Source: Nemertoderma westbladi (taxonomy: Eukaryota; Animalia; Xenacoelomorpha). From it: a DNA stretch of 64,000 nt. The stretch is taken from positions 1 to 64,000 of the forward strand of contig JAUCBJ010000295.1 of NCBI GenBank assembly GCA_032718475.1. The letters are read 5' to 3'. A model generated the notes under the pieces. The model did no database searches. It was not told the DNA's origin and saw only the letters and a program-made list of their open reading frames with translations. Made by a program: the position numbers and the translations under genes. This document shows, in pieces, positions 1 to 13,729 of the stretch. Position 1 is the first letter of the stretch. The number at the start of each line of letters is the position of its first letter.

Positions 1-648
1 TGGAAGAGAGAGGGGGAGGAAGAGAGAGGGGGGTGGGTGGAAGAGAGGGGGGAGGAAGGAAAGGAATGGAGAGGGGGTAGGGTGGAAGAGAGGGGGAGGA
101 AGGAAAGGAAGGGAGAGGGGGTAGGGTGGAAGAGGGGGTGGGGAGGAAGGAAGGAAGGGGAGAGGGGGTAGGGTGAAGAGGGGGTGGGGAGGAAGAGAGA
201 GGGGGGAGAGTGGAAGAGAGAGGGGGAGGAAGACAGAGGGGGTGGGTGGAAGAGAGGGGGGAGGAAGGAAAGGAAGGGAGAGGGGGTAGGGTGGAAGAGG
301 GGGTGGGGAGGAAGAGAGAGGGGGGAGAGTGGAAGAGAGAGGGGGGAGGAAGAGAGGGGGGGGTGAGGGGGGTGGAAGAGAGGGGGGAGGAAGGAAGGGA
401 ATGGAGAGGGGGTAGGGTGGAAGAGAGGGGGGAGGAAGGAAAGGAAGGGAGGAGGGGGTAGGGTGGAAGAGGGGGTGGGGGAGGAAGGAAGGGAGGGTGG
501 AGAGGGGGTGGGGTGGAAGAGGGGGTGGGGAGGAAGAGAGAGGGGGGAGAGTGGAAGAGAGAGGGGGGAGGAAGAGAGAGGGGGGTGGGTGGAAGAGAGA
601 GAGAGGGGGGGGGGGGGGGGGGAGGAAAGGAAGGGAGAGGGGGGGAGA
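1..648 (+). repeat. G/A-rich low-complexity polypurine tract
   Basis: Almost only G and A with occasional T (units such as GGGTGGAAGAGAGGGGGGAGGAAG); many G3+ runs. Confidence 0.9.
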
Positions 649-651
649 ACC

Positions 652-1865
652 GCTTACCAGAAATAGCTGGGGGCAGATCTAATTATCAGCACTATTCTAG
701 AATTCTTAGAGTCCCAGCGCAGAACCGGCACCAATGTCTTCCTTTGTCAAATGGACATTTCTGGTGCATTTGGTAGCCTCGACTTTGTTCTACTGTTCCG
801 TAAACTAAAGGAGCTAATAAACCCTTACATCTGCCTAGTTCTACTAGCGTATTATGAATCTACTTGTGCCTTTCTCAAGGTTGCCGACGATAGATGTTTG
901 TGGGATCAACCTGGTACGTGGAGTCAAGCAGGGGTCACTGTTGTCACCTTTACTGTTTCTTCTTTATATGAAGGATATTCTGGATATCCTAACCTTAAAC
1001 GGATTTGGGTCCATAGTTGGGCTCATATGGCTGGGCATCATAGCATATGCTGATGATATACTGCTCACTGCAACATCTGTCACCGAACTGACATTGGTTG
1101 CTGATATTTTCAGCATTGAAATTAATAAAGTGAAACTGGAGATTGAGATGAGCAAAACAAAGTAGCCCAGCTATGGTAATGATTATACATGTGAAAATGT
1201 CCCTACATTTATGTGCATCAATGGAACATTAGTTCCACGATCAGATGACATGACTTTTTTGGGCTTCCCCATTGTATATCCACGTCGCAACAGCCTTCAG
1301 GATTGCATCCGCTTGATAGCCATAATGTCGGATTTATTTCATCGAAATGGGTGGAATGCGCGCTGGCTCGATTGCAGCACACTGGGATACCTGTGGCGGT
1401 ACCAACCATATCCTACTCGCGGTATCTTATTGGTTCGCTATGTTCAAAATAAATCGCTGAACTTGACTCTTGTTACCGTAAGACCCTGCGAGGTTTACTT
1501 TTCGTGGGTCCTTATTCAAGCAACAACGTAACCCTTGCATTACTCGGATGCAACGATTTTAGCGTGGAAATGTATATACTTTGTGTCGAAACATCAACCA
1601 GAGTAAATATGTGCCCAAATGTTTTATTACCGTCCATCCTGCGTATTGCATTACAAGCTAAACTGTCTGGGACAACAATAATAACCTTTATGTAGGACTG
1701 GGCTCAGTTTTTGAAAAATGTTCTCAAAAGTATGCTATCCCCAGTTTGAGCTCAATTTTGTGCTATAAATATAGTAAATGCTCACTATATAAGCTTCTAG
1801 AACCTGCAGCACTTACAATGGCGGAGGAATCCGACCGCGATTTTATTTTGGTTGGTATCGTTAAA
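652..1865 (+). pseudogene. Decayed non-LTR (LINE) reverse transcriptase fragment
   Basis: Frameshifted RT motifs DISGAF (751 frame) and GVKQGSLLSPLLF...IAYADDILL (854 frame); stops and frameshifts; boundaries approximate. Confidence 0.8.
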
Positions 1866-1868
1866 CAG

Positions 1869-4800
1869 AAACACTCGTCGGTATCGTACTTTATAATCGC
1901 CCATGGGTGCTGTATAAACGGCCGTGGGTGCTGTATAAACGGCCGTGGGTACTGTATAAGCGCAGGTGGGTATCGTATAAACGCTCGTGGGTATCGTACT
2001 GTATAAACGGCCGTGGGTGCTGTATAAACGGCCGTGGGTGCTGTTTAAACGCCCGTGGGTACTGTATAAGCGCAGGTGGGCATCTTATAAACGCTCGTGG
2101 GTATCGTACTGTATAAACGCCCGTGGGTGCTGTATAAACGGCCGTGGGTACTGTATAAACGCGCGTTGGTATCGCACTGTATAAACGCCCGCGGGTGCTG
2201 TATAAACGCCCGCGGGTGCTGTATAAACGCCCGCGGGTGCTGTATAAACGCCCGCGGGTGCTGTATAAACGCCCGTGGGTATCGCACTGTATAAACGCGC
2301 GTTGGTATCGCACTGTATAAACGCCCGCGGGTGCTGTATAAACGCCCGTGGGTATCGCACTGTATAAACGCGCGTTGGTATCGCACTGTATAAACGCCCG
2401 CGGGTGCTGTATAAACGGCCGTGGGTACTGTATAAACGCGCGTTGGTATCGCACTGTATAAACGCCCGCGGGTGCTGTATAAACGGCCGTGGGTACTGTA
2501 TAAACGCGCGTTGGTATCGCACTGTATAAACGCCCGCGGGTGCTGTATAAACGGCCGTGGGTACCGTATAAACGCGCGTTGGTATCGCACTGTATAAACG
2601 CCCGCGGGTGCTGTATAAACGCCCGTGGGTACTGTATAAACGCGCGTTGGTATCGCACTGTATAAACGCGCGTTGGTATCGCACTGTATAAACGCCCGCG
2701 GGTGCTGTATAAACGCCCGTGGGTGCTGTATAAACGCGCGTTGGTATCGCACTGTATAAACGCCCGCGGGTGCTGTATAAGCGCATGTGGGTATCGTATA
2801 AATGCTCGTGGGTATCGTATAAACGCTCGTTGGTATCGTATAAACGCTCGTTGGTATCGCACTGTATAGACGCCCGTGGGTGGTGTATAAACGCCCGTGG
2901 ATATCGTACTGTATAATCGCCCATGGGTGCTGTATAAACGGCCGTGGGTGCTGTATAAACGGCCGTGGGTGCTGTATAAACGGCCTTGGGTGCTGTATAA
3001 ACGCCCGTGGGTACTGTATAAGCGCACGTGGGTATCGTATGAACGCTCGTCGGTATCGTACTGTGGAAACGGCCGTGGGTGCTGTATAAACTCCCGCGGG
3101 TACTGTATAAGCGCATGTGGGTATCGTATAAATGCTCGTGGGTATCGTATAAACGCTCGTTGGTATCGCACTGTATAGACGCCCGTGGGTGGTGTATAAA
3201 CGCCCGTGGATATCGTACTGTATAATCGCCCATGGGTGCTGTATAAACGGCCGTGGGTGCTGTATAAACGGCCGTGGGTGCTGTATAAACGGCCTTGGGT
3301 GCTGTATAAACGCCCGTGGGTACTGTATAAGCGCACGTGGGTATCGTATGAACGCTCGTCGGTATCGTACTGTGGAAACGGCCGTGGGTGCTGTATAAAC
3401 TCCCGCGGGTACTGTATAAGCGCACGTGGGTATCGTATGAACGCTCGTGGGTATCGTACTGTATAAACGCCCGTGGGTGCTGTATAAACGGCCGTGGGTG
3501 CTGTATAAACGGCCGTGGGTACTGTATAAGCGAACGTGGGTATCGCATAAACTCTCGTGGGTATCGTACTGTATAATAAACGCCCGTTGATATCGTACTG
3601 TATAAACGCCCGTGGGTACTGTATAAGCGCCGTGGGTATCGTATAAACGCGCGTTGGTATCGTACTGTATAATCGCCCATGGGTGCTGTATAAACGGCCG
3701 TGGGTGCTGTATAAACGGCCGTGGGTACTGTATAAGCGCAGTTGAGTATCGTATAAATGCTCGTGGGTATCGTATAAACGCGCGTTGGTATCGTACTGTA
3801 TAAACGGCCGTGGGTGCTGTATAAACGGCCGTGGGTACTGTATAAGCGAACGTGGGTATCGCATAAACTCTCGTGGGTATCGTACTGTATAATAAACGCC
3901 CGTTGATATCGTACTGTATAAACGCCCGTGGGTACTGTATAAGCGCACGTGGGTATCGTATAAATGCTCGTGGGTATCGTATAAACGCTCGTGGGTATCG
4001 TACTGTATAATCGCCCATGGGTGCTGTATAAACGGCCGTGGGTGCTGTATAAACGGCCGTGGGTGCTGTATGAACGGCCGTGGGTACTGTATAAGCGCAG
4101 TTGAGTATCGTATAAATGCTCGTGGGTATCGTATAAACGCGCGTTGGTATAGCACTGTATAAACGCCCGTGGGTGCTGTATAAACGCCCATGCGGGTACT
4201 GTATAAGCGCCCTTGGGTATCGTATAAACGCTCGTGGGTATCGTACTGTATAATCGTCCGTGCGTGCTGTATAAACGCCCATGGGTACTGTATAAGCGCA
4301 CGTGGGTATAGTATAAACGCCCGTGAGTATCATATAAACGCCCGTGGGTATCGTACTGTATAATAAACGCCCTTGGATATCGTACTGTATAAACGCCCGT
4401 GGGTACTGTATAATCGCCCGTGGGTATCGTATAAAAGCTCGTTGGTATCGTACTGTATAATAAACGCCCGTGGATATCGTACTGTATAAACGCCCGTGGG
4501 TACTGTATAAACGACCGTGGGTATCGTATAAACGCCCGTGGGTATCGTACTATACATTAAATGCCCGTGGATATCGTACTGTATAAACGCCCGTGGGTAC
4601 TGTATAAATGGTCATCTGTATCGTACTGTATAAACGCCCGTGGGTACTGTATAAACGACCGTTGTATCGTATAAACGCCCGTGGGTATCCTACTGTATAA
4701 TAAACGCCCGTGGGTATCCTACTGTATAATAAACGCCCGTGGATATCGTTCTGTATTAACGCCCGTGGGTATCGTATAAACGGTCATCTGTATCGTACTG

Positions 4801-7510
4801 TATAAACGCCCGTGGGTATCGTACTGTATAAACGGGCGTGGGGGCTGTATAAACGCCCGTGGGTACTGTATAAACGTCCGTGGGTATCGTATAAACGCCC
4901 GTGGGTATCGTATAAACGCCCGTGGGTATCGTATAAACGCCCGTGGGTATCGTATAAACGCTCGTTGGTATCGCACTGTATAGACGCCCGTGGGTGGTGT
5001 ATAAACGCCCGTGGATATCGTACTGTATAATCGCCCGTGGGTGCTGTATAAACGGCCGTGGGTAGCTGTATAAACGGCCGTGGGTGCTGTATAAACGCCC
5101 GTGGGTGCTGTATAAACGCCCGTGGGTACTGTATAAGCGCACGTGGGTATCGTATGAACGCTCGTCGGTATCGTACTGTGGAAACGGCCGTGGGTGCTGT
5201 ATAAACTCCCGCGGGTACTGTATAAGCGCATGTGGGTATCGTATAAATGCTCGTGGGTATCGTATAAACGCTCGTTGGTATCGCACTGTATAGACGCCCG
5301 TGGGTGGTGTATAAACCCCCGTGGATATCGTACTGTATAATCGCCCATGGGTGCTGTATAAACGGCCGTGGGTGCTGTATAAACGGCCGTGGGTGCTGTA
5401 TAAACGGCCTTGGGTGCTGTATAAACGCCCGTGGGTACTGTATAAGCGCACGTGGGTATCGTATGAACGCTCGTCGTTATCGTACTGTATAATAAACGCC
5501 CGTGGAATCGTACTGTATAAACGCCCGCGGGTACTGTATAAGCGCACGTGGGTATCGTATAAACGCTCGTGGGTATCGTACTGTATAAACGCCCGTGGAT
5601 ATCGTACTGTATAAACGCCCGTGGGTACTGTATAAGCGACCGTGGGTATCGCATAAACGCCCGTGGGTATCGTACTGTATAATAAACGCCCGTTGATATC
5701 GTACTGTATAAACGCCCGTGGGTACTGTATAAGCGCCCGTGGGTATCGTATAAACGCGCGTTGGTATCGTACTGTATAATCGCCCATGGGTGCTGTATAA
5801 ACGGCCGTGGGTGCTGTATAAACGCCCGTGGGTACTGTATAAGCGCCCGTGGAGTATCGTATAAACGCTCGTGGGTATCGTATAAACGCCCGTTGGTATC
5901 GTACTGTATAAACGGCCGTGGGTGCTGTATAAACGGCCGTGGGTACTGTATAAGCGACCGTGGGTATCGTATAAACGCTCGTGGGTATCGTACTGTATAA
6001 TAAACGCCCGTTGATATCGTACTGTATAAACGCCCGTGGGTACTGTATAAGCGCACGTGGGTATCGTATAAATGCTCGTGGGTATCGTATAAACGCTCGT
6101 GGGTATCGTACTGTATAATCGCCCATGGGTGCTGTATAAACGGCCGTGGGTGCTGTATAAACGGCCGTGGGTGCTGTATGAACGGCCGTGGGTACTGTAT
6201 AAGCGCAGTTGAGTATCGTATAAATGCTCGTGGGTATCGTATAAACGCGCGTTGGTATAGCACTGTATAAACGCCCGTGGGTGCTGTATAAACGCCCATG
6301 CGGGTACTGTATAAGCGCCCTTGGGTATCGTATAAACGCTCGTGGGTATCGTACTGTATAATCGTCCGTGCGTGCTGTATAAACGCCCATGGGTACTGTA
6401 TAAGCGCACGTGGGTATAGTATAAACGCCCGTGAGTATCATATAAACGCCCGTGGGTATCGTACTGTATAATAAACGCCCTTGGATATCGTACTGTATAA
6501 ACGCCCGTGGGTACTGTATAATCGCCCGTGGGTATCGTATAAAAGCTCGTTGGTATCGTACTGTATAATAAACGCCCGTGGATATCGTACTGTATAAACG
6601 CCCGTGGGTACTGTATAAACGACCGTGGGTATCGTATAAACGCCCGTGGGTATCGTACTATACATTAAATGCCCGTGGATATCGTACTGTATAAACGCCC
6701 GTGGGTACTGTATAAATGGTCATCTGTATCGTACTGTATAAACGCCCGTGGGTACTGTATAAACGACCGTTGTATCGTATAAACGCCCGTGGGTATCCTA
6801 CTGTATAATAAACGCCCGTGGGTATCCTACTGTATAATAAACGCCCGTGGATATCGTTCTGTATTAACGCCCGTGGGTATCGTATAAACGGTCATCTGTA
6901 TCGTACTGTATAAACGCCCGTGGGTATCGTACTGTATAAACGGGCGTGGGGGCTGTATAAACGCCCGTGGGTACTGTATAAACGTCCGTGGGTATCGTAT
7001 AAACGCCCGTGGGTATCGTATAAACGCCCGTGGGTATCGTATAAACGCCCGTGGGTATCGTATAAACGCCCGTTGGAATCGTATAAACGCCCATGAGTAT
7101 CGTATAAACGGTCATCTGTATCGTACGGTATAAACGCCCGTGGGTACTGTATAATCGCCCGTGGGTATCTTATGAACGCCTGTGGGTATCGTATAAACGC
7201 CCGTGGGTATCGTATAAACGCCCGTGGGTATCGTATAAACGCCCGTGAGTATCGTATAAACGGTCATCTGTATCGTACTGTATAAACGCCCGTGTGTATT
7301 GTATAAACTCCCTTGGGTATCGTATAATCGCCCGAGGGTAACGTATAATCGCCCGTGGGTATAGTATGAACGCCCGTGGGTATCGTATAATCGCCCGAGG
7401 GTAACGTATAATCGCCCGTGGGTATAGTATGAACGCCCGTGGGTATCGTATAAACGCCCGTGGGTACCGTATAATCGCCCGTGGGTAACGTATATTCGCA
7501 CGTGGGTACA
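1869..7510. repeat. Satellite block 1, ~21/26-bp monomers (GTATAAACGCCCGTGGGTATC/ACT) with higher-order repeats
   Basis: Tandem monomers throughout; 309-bp internal duplication (2880 vs 3189) and a duplication at 2108-bp offset (4330 vs 6438). Confidence 0.95.
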
Positions 7511-7632
7511 TTCTCAGCACCAACTAGCTGTTGGAATTCGAGTTTCTGGTAAGAATATAACTAAAACAACCGTTTCTACCCCTTATAAGGATGTATATTC
7601 CTTATGATCATCTCCATGACAACCAAACAGTT

Positions 7633-7705
7633 GCCTCCTTAGCGCAGTCGGCAGCGCGTCAGTCTCATAATCTGGAGGTCGCCAGTTCGATCCTGGCAGG
7701 GGGCA
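7633..7705 (+). tRNA. tRNA-Met (CAT), elongator type, copy 1
   Basis: 73 nt GCCTCCT...AGGGGGCA, anticodon loop CTCATAA, TTCGA T-loop, downstream T run. Confidence 0.95.
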
Positions 7706-7995
7706 CAGTTTATTTTTGTTTATAATATTGTGGAAATCAAATAATCATACTCTGAGATAGAGTAAAGACAACAACAGGGTTCGGTTTCTATGTACCTGGT
7801 GGGTGAGTAACCGCAGTTGTATGTTGACAGTAATTATTATAATTGGCCTACTGTTGGCCTTACCTGGTGTCTTATAAGCTTGCATCCGGCGCCAAGCCAG
7901 TTCTTTGTTGGTATCACTCAGTTGGGAGGGGGTGGTGTGGTGATGGGAGTAGATAGGAGGGGCAGGGTGAGATGTTAGATTACAATCGATTACAT

Positions 7996-9792
7996 AAACA
8001 CTCGTCGGTATCGTATAAACACCCGTAGGTACTGTATCATATAAACGCTCGTGGGTATCGTACTGTATAATAAACGCCCGTGGATATCGTACTGTATAAA
8101 CGCCCGTGGGTACTGTATAAACGACAGTGGGTATCGTATAAACGCCCGTGGGTATCGTAATGTATAATAAACGCCCGTGGATATCGTACTGTATAAACGC
8201 CCGTGGGTACTGTATAAACGACCGTGGGTATCGTATAAACGCCCGTGGGTATCGTACTGTATATTAAACGCCCGTGGAAATCATACTGTATAAACGCCCG
8301 TGGGTACTGTATAATCGCCCGTGGATATCGTATAAACGCCCGTGGATATCGTACTGTATAAACGCCCGTGGGTACTGTATAATCGCCCGTGGATATCGTA
8401 ATGTATAATAAACGCCCGTGGATATCGTACTGTATAAACGCCCGTGGGTACTGTATAAACGACCGTGGGTATCGTATAAACGCCCGTGGGTATCGTACTG
8501 TATATTAAACGCCCGTGGAAATCGTACTGTATAAACGCCCGTGGGTACTGTATAATCGCCCGTGGATATCGTATAAACGCCCGTGGGTATCGTAATGTAT
8601 AATAAACGCCCGTGGATATCGTACTGTATAAACGCCCGTGGGTACCCTATAAACGGTCATCTGTATCGTACTGTATAAACGCCCGTGGGTACTGTATAAA
8701 CGACCGCGGGTATCGTATAAACGCCCGTGGGTATCGTACTGTATAATAAACGCCTGTTGATATCGTACTGTATAAACGCCCGTGGGTACTGTATAATCGC
8801 CCGTGGGTGCTGTATAATCGCCCATGGGTGCTGTATAAACGGCCGTGGGTGCTGTATAAACGGCCGTGGGTGCTGTATAAACGGCCGTGGGTACTGTATA
8901 ATCGCCCGTGGATATCGTATAAACGCTCGTGGGTATCGTGCTGTATATTAAACGCCCGTGGAAATCGTACTGTATAAACGCCCGTGGGTACTGTATAATC
9001 GCCCATGGGTGCTGTATAAACGGCCGTGGGTGCTGTATAAACGGCCGTGGGTGCTGTATAAACGGCCGTGGGTACTGTATAATCGCCCGTGGATATCGTA
9101 TAAACGCTCGTGGGTATCGTGCTGTATATTAAACGCCCGTGGAAATCGTACTGTATAAACGCCCGTGGGTACCCTATAAACGGTCATCTGTATCGTACTG
9201 TATAAACGCCCGTGGGTACTGTATAAACGACCGTGGGTATCGTATAAACGCCCGTGGGTATCGTACTGTATAATAAACGCCTGTTGATATCGTACTGTAT
9301 AAACGCCCGTGGGTACTGTATAATCGCCCGTGGATATCGTATAAACGCTCGTGGGTATCGTACTGTATATTAAACGCCCGTGGAAATCGTACTGTACTGT
9401 ATAAACGCCCGTGGGTACCCTATAAACGGTCATCTGTATCGTACTGTATAAACGCCCGTGGGTACTGTATATACGACCGTGGGTATCGTATAAACGCCAG
9501 TGGATATCGTACTGTATATTAAACGCACGTGGGTATCGTATAAACGTCATCTGTATCGTACTGTATAAACGCCCGTGGGTATCGTATAAACGCCCGTGGG
9601 TATCGTATAAACGCCCGTGAGTATCGTATAAACGCCCGTGGGTATCGTATAATCGCCCTTGGGTATCGTATAATCGCCCGAGGGTAACGTATATTTGCCC
9701 GTGAGTATCGTATGAACGCCCGTGGGTATCGTATAAACGCCCGTGGGTACCGTATAATCGCCCGTGGGTAACGTATATTCGCACGTGGGTAC
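7996..9792. repeat. Satellite block 2, same monomer family
   Basis: Same monomers; same start (AAACACTCGTCGGTATCGTA) and end (ATTCGCACGTGGGTAC) as block 1. Confidence 0.95.
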
Positions 9793-9920
9793 TTACTCAG
9801 CACCAACTACAGTAGCTGTTGGAATTCGAGTTTTTGGTAAGAATATAACTAAAACAACCGTTTCTACCCCTTATAAGGATGTATATTCCCTATGATCATC
9901 TCCATGACAACCGAACAGTT

Positions 9921-9993
9921 GCCTCCTTAGCGCAGTCGGCAGCGCGTCAGTCTCATAATCTGGAGGTCGCCAGTTCGATCCTGGCAGGGGGCA
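9921..9993 (+). tRNA. tRNA-Met (CAT), elongator type, copy 2
   Basis: Identical to 7633-7705; flanks duplicated; followed by a T9 Pol III terminator. Confidence 0.95.
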
Positions 9994-11070
9994 CAGTTTA
10001 TTTTTTTTTATAATATTGTGGAAATCAAATAATCATACTCTGAGATAGAGTAAAGACAACTACAGGGTTCGGTTTCTATGTACCTGGTGGGTGAGTAACC
10101 GCAGTTGTATGTTGACAGTAATTATAACTGGCCTACTGTTGGCCTTACCTGGTGTCTTATAAGCTTGCATCCGGCGCCTAGCCAGTTCTTTGTTGGTATA
10201 TGGTGAGTAGATAGGAGGGGGCGGGTGAGATGTTAGATTACTTAATTGTTTAATTTATATTGTAATTTTTGTATATGAATAACAATGGATACTTTCCTTG
10301 CAATAATATTATAAAATTCATTGTAAATAAACTCTATGCAATATTTAAAATAATCGAATAACATTTAACTAAATGTTCATTGTTAAATTTTTGGAAGCAG
10401 TGCAACGAAATTAACCCCCGAGCGGTTTTGAGATTTCTATCTTTCTTGCCACAAACCCCCCTCCCTCCACTCTCATTTTATTTCCTAAAATTATTACTTG
10501 TCTATACCATGGAACTGGTGGAAATGGTAAGTTTAGCAAATTTTAATAAATTGTAGGCCTACTATGTTTATCAATTTATAACAATTTATTAGTTACCATA
10601 AAAACGAGCGTATCGACTCACAATGTTTTTACAAAAATCAACTCTTCTTACTTACCAATATTATCACAAACAATAATTTATAAAATATCGTTTCGAGCCA
10701 ATATAATCCCCAATTATATAGAGTATCTAATGCTTAGAACTAACATTACCTATTCTGTTGGCTTGCTCTATGCCTCTGGGTGCGTTCAAACACAACAGTA
10801 CCGATATAAAAAGAAAAATCTAAAAAAAACATAATGTTATTGAATCATATTACAGATTAATATTACAGTAATACTGTAGAATATCGATTGTAAATGGTAT
10901 TAAATATTGTATAATTTCCCTTACCGATTTATTTTACACCAATCCACCAACATTCATAATATTGAAAATAAAATAATCCTTTATACCGTATAAAGTCAGA
11001 TAATTAACAAGAAATTAATAATAACTTTAATTTAAATCATTATTAATTGTTTTCTACCATAGAACTTCTG

Positions 11071-11766
11071 TCACCACCTACGGCGACCCCTCCGTTTCAA
11101 TCCGTCCGCCAAATCCACCAAGTACGTAACACACTCCAAACTAATCTTGGCTTTCTGCCATGTCAATCCCCATACGAAGATACCATGGTTACGTACAATA
11201 ACAGCGCTAACACCTGCGTATTTCTCCTCCCCGAGAACTGTAACTATCGGTTCCACGAGGTCCGACTCTAACGGCGCGTTCTTGATTATCGGCAACTCCA
11301 ATAAATCGTCGTTACTGTAATTGCGATCCAAACCGAAATTATAGACTCCTTTCATCATTTCTTGGTCGTAAATGTCAAAATTAGTTTTTTCGTCTTCAAA
11401 AGCGAATATTACTGAGGATGGGTGCGTGTGGAACACGGATGTAGCTCGTGGGTAGAGGTCGTATATCGCGTCAAAGACCGGTTCACAAGCAGAGCGTTTC
11501 AGTCGACCATCACTGGTCTCCAGACCAGCGGAGTCAGTGACCACGATATCCGAGGGCAGCAGTCTCTCTTTGGGCACACTAGACGGGGTTGTGTAGGTAT
11601 TGGCGTTGTGTTTGATCGATATGGCTCCACTGGAACCCAACATCCAACCCATCATGTAATATTGTTTGCAGATACTCGGAATGACATTTACTGGGTGATC
11701 CGTCTCAGAAGATGCATCATTACTGGAGCGACACCCAGTCGAGGGAGGGTTTACTTCGCTACTCAT
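11071..11766 (-). CDS. APIP: Methylthioribulose-1-phosphate dehydratase (APIP/MtnB), class II aldolase fold
   Basis: 231 aa uninterrupted; HPVNVIPSIC..YMMGW, KER, HTH, QEMMKG, PIIKN, VRNHGIFVWG.TWQKAK motifs. Confidence 0.9.
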   Translation of the reverse strand: MSSEVNPPSTGCRSSNDASSETDHPVNVIPSICKQYYMMGWMLGSSGAISIKHNANTYTTPSSVPKERLLPSDIVVTDSAGLETSDGRLKRSACEPVFDAIYDLYPRATSVFHTHPSSVIFAFEDEKTNFDIYDQEMMKGVYNFGLDRNYSNDDLLELPIIKNAPLESDLVEPIVTVLGEEKYAGVSAVIVRNHGIFVWGLTWQKAKISLECVTYLVDLADGLKRRGRRRW

Positions 11767-12598
11767 TATTAGGTTAAGAAGGGCAGGAGAAAGACTTTAT
11801 TTCACATAAAATGTTCCTGTGGGAGAGTCGAGTCAGCAGGACTATGAGCCAACATCAAACATATATAGTTATAGAATACAGCCGTTTCAAATGTCCAACT
11901 GTGTTTGTTTGTGTGGGTCGATATATAGCCAAAATAACTAGCCGGGGTGAGTGCACATCATAATGATTAGCTGATAATATCTTACAGGCCTAGATCCGTC
12001 TTTAACGTTTACAATAAAATATAAATAAATATAATAAATTGTTGGAATTCGTCTTAATTGGAAATTTAATAATTACAGATCGTAGAATATTTTACTTTCT
12101 TTGGCGATTTGTAGTAATAAATATTGCACTGGGAAATAAACAATACAGCTGCAGTTCGTTAAGGGTAATTAATTATAGTTGCCTAGACGAGGACTCTGCA
12201 TCGGGAACTTCTAGAAAATATTATAAGCAAATTATAAAATAACATCATATTCTCATATTTAAAGCATGCCTGATGGAAATAAAGAAGGGATGCTGTTCTT
12301 AACGAGTTAAACATAATCCATTTATTATATAGACCTACTTAGTAATACTGCATGGAACCGCCGCCGCCGCAGCAAAAAAAACATTTTAAGCAATAATCTC
12401 CTGAACAATTCTTGGAAAAATCACATCAGTCAGATCATCGTATATCCTTAGGATTCACGACATTGTAAAAGTCAGTCGAACAATTAAAATTAATAGGATT
12501 ACCTATATGGCTCGAATAACTCCTACCAAAGTCTTATTCACCAGTTAATAAACTAGCCACTACTCATACTCATACAGTTCAATACTATGCACAGATCG

Positions 12599-13729
12599 TT
12601 AGGATTTTTTCGACTTAATCATAGATTTATTTACCGGCGCCCCCAGTTTACGATGAGTCGATTTTTTTATTTTCTGTTTTATTTTATCGACATCGATGGA
12701 GTCCGAATCTTTCTCCCCAGTCACCCCGACACAATCTGTCACCTCAGCGGGAGCTACATAAACTCTCTCCCTTCTCTCATCCCTCGCGACTTTTGCTTCC
12801 TTCTGCTTTTCGCTTCTATCTCGATGCTTTTTAGACTTTCTCTCGACTTCCTTAAGGAAGTACTCTCCACTCTCTATCTCTTTATCCAGTTTACTTTGCG
12901 GTTGAGGCGGTGGGAAAGGTGTGTAGGTCCCGACGCGACGGATGACGTGCGGTTTCTTCCGTTTACTCAGATTCTTCTTCTTAAACTTAGGAAGAAACCG
13001 ATCCCAATCCTCGTTAGCCAACTTCGGATCTTTCGCTAATTCGCGTTTAATCATCAATGTCTTTATCATGTAGATCGGATGTATATTAGCCATGGTGTCG
13101 TTTACGATCTTGCGTACCTGTTTGAGACCACCGTGGGAGCCCATGGCGGACACGGTCCGTCCCTGGACCAGCACGTAGCATCCGGTCAACAACTCGACCG
13201 CCTTCAGCGTGGACCCGTTGGGACCTATTAAGCGTTGACGACGTTTTACGAACCTCGCTGTCGAACTGCCTCGACTCATCTTGATAACGTCGCAATAAAC
13301 ATCGTCCTGTAGAATCCGAACCGCTTCTTCGTACGGGACCCCTCTGGCAATGAGTTTGATAAAATCCCGCGAACGTATTATAATGTAGGGGTCGAAGGTC
13401 TTACGGGTCGTGGCGACCCGCATGGAACCCTCTATAAGGTCCAGCGTTCCCGCTATATGGTGGTCCGATAAGGCTTTCTTTACCAGCGGCCAGCATTCGT
13501 TGATGTATTTCTCTCTGTACTTCGGGAATAGGGTGGAGAAAGAACTCTCCTCTAACATACAATGCGGGTTCTCTTCTCGAGATATTCCGGGTTCTTTCCA
13601 GTCTGGAGGAATCTCCAACTTAGCCTCTTCCATCTCTTCATCTTGCTCAGTTTTCTGAGAAGAGCCTTTGAATCTGTCAGGGTTTTTCTTCTTGAGAGTT
13701 CTTTCCCCTTGTTTGTTTGAAGTCGCCAT
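12599..13729 (-). CDS. KRR1: KRR1 small-subunit processome component (KH domains)
   Basis: 376 aa uninterrupted; [54 protein letters not shown]. Confidence 0.97.
   Translation of the reverse strand: MATSNKQGERTLKKKNPDRFKGSSQKTEQDEEMEEAKLEIPPDWKEPGISREENPHCMLEESSFSTLFPKYREKYINECWPLVKKALSDHHIAGTLDLIEGSMRVATTRKTFDPYIIIRSRDFIKLIARGVPYEEAVRILQDDVYCDVIKMSRGSSTARFVKRRQRLIGPNGSTLKAVELLTGCYVLVQGRTVSAMGSHGGLKQVRKIVNDTMANIHPIYMIKTLMIKRELAKDPKLANEDWDRFLPKFKKKNLSKRKKPHVIRRVGTYTPFPPPQPQSKLDKEIESGEYFLKEVERKSKKHRDRSEKQKEAKVARDERRERVYVAPAEVTDCVGVTGEKDSDSIDVDKIKQKIKKSTHRKLGAPVNKSMIKSKKS

Noticed and set aside
184-776. G/E/R-rich ORFs
   Set aside because: Translations of the polypurine tract
1891-9806. Long ORFs up to 766 aa (YSTHGRL / IQHPRAF / VYTAPTG repeats)
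   Set aside because: All three minus frames are open over the same 21-bp satellite; a by-product of a stop-free monomer
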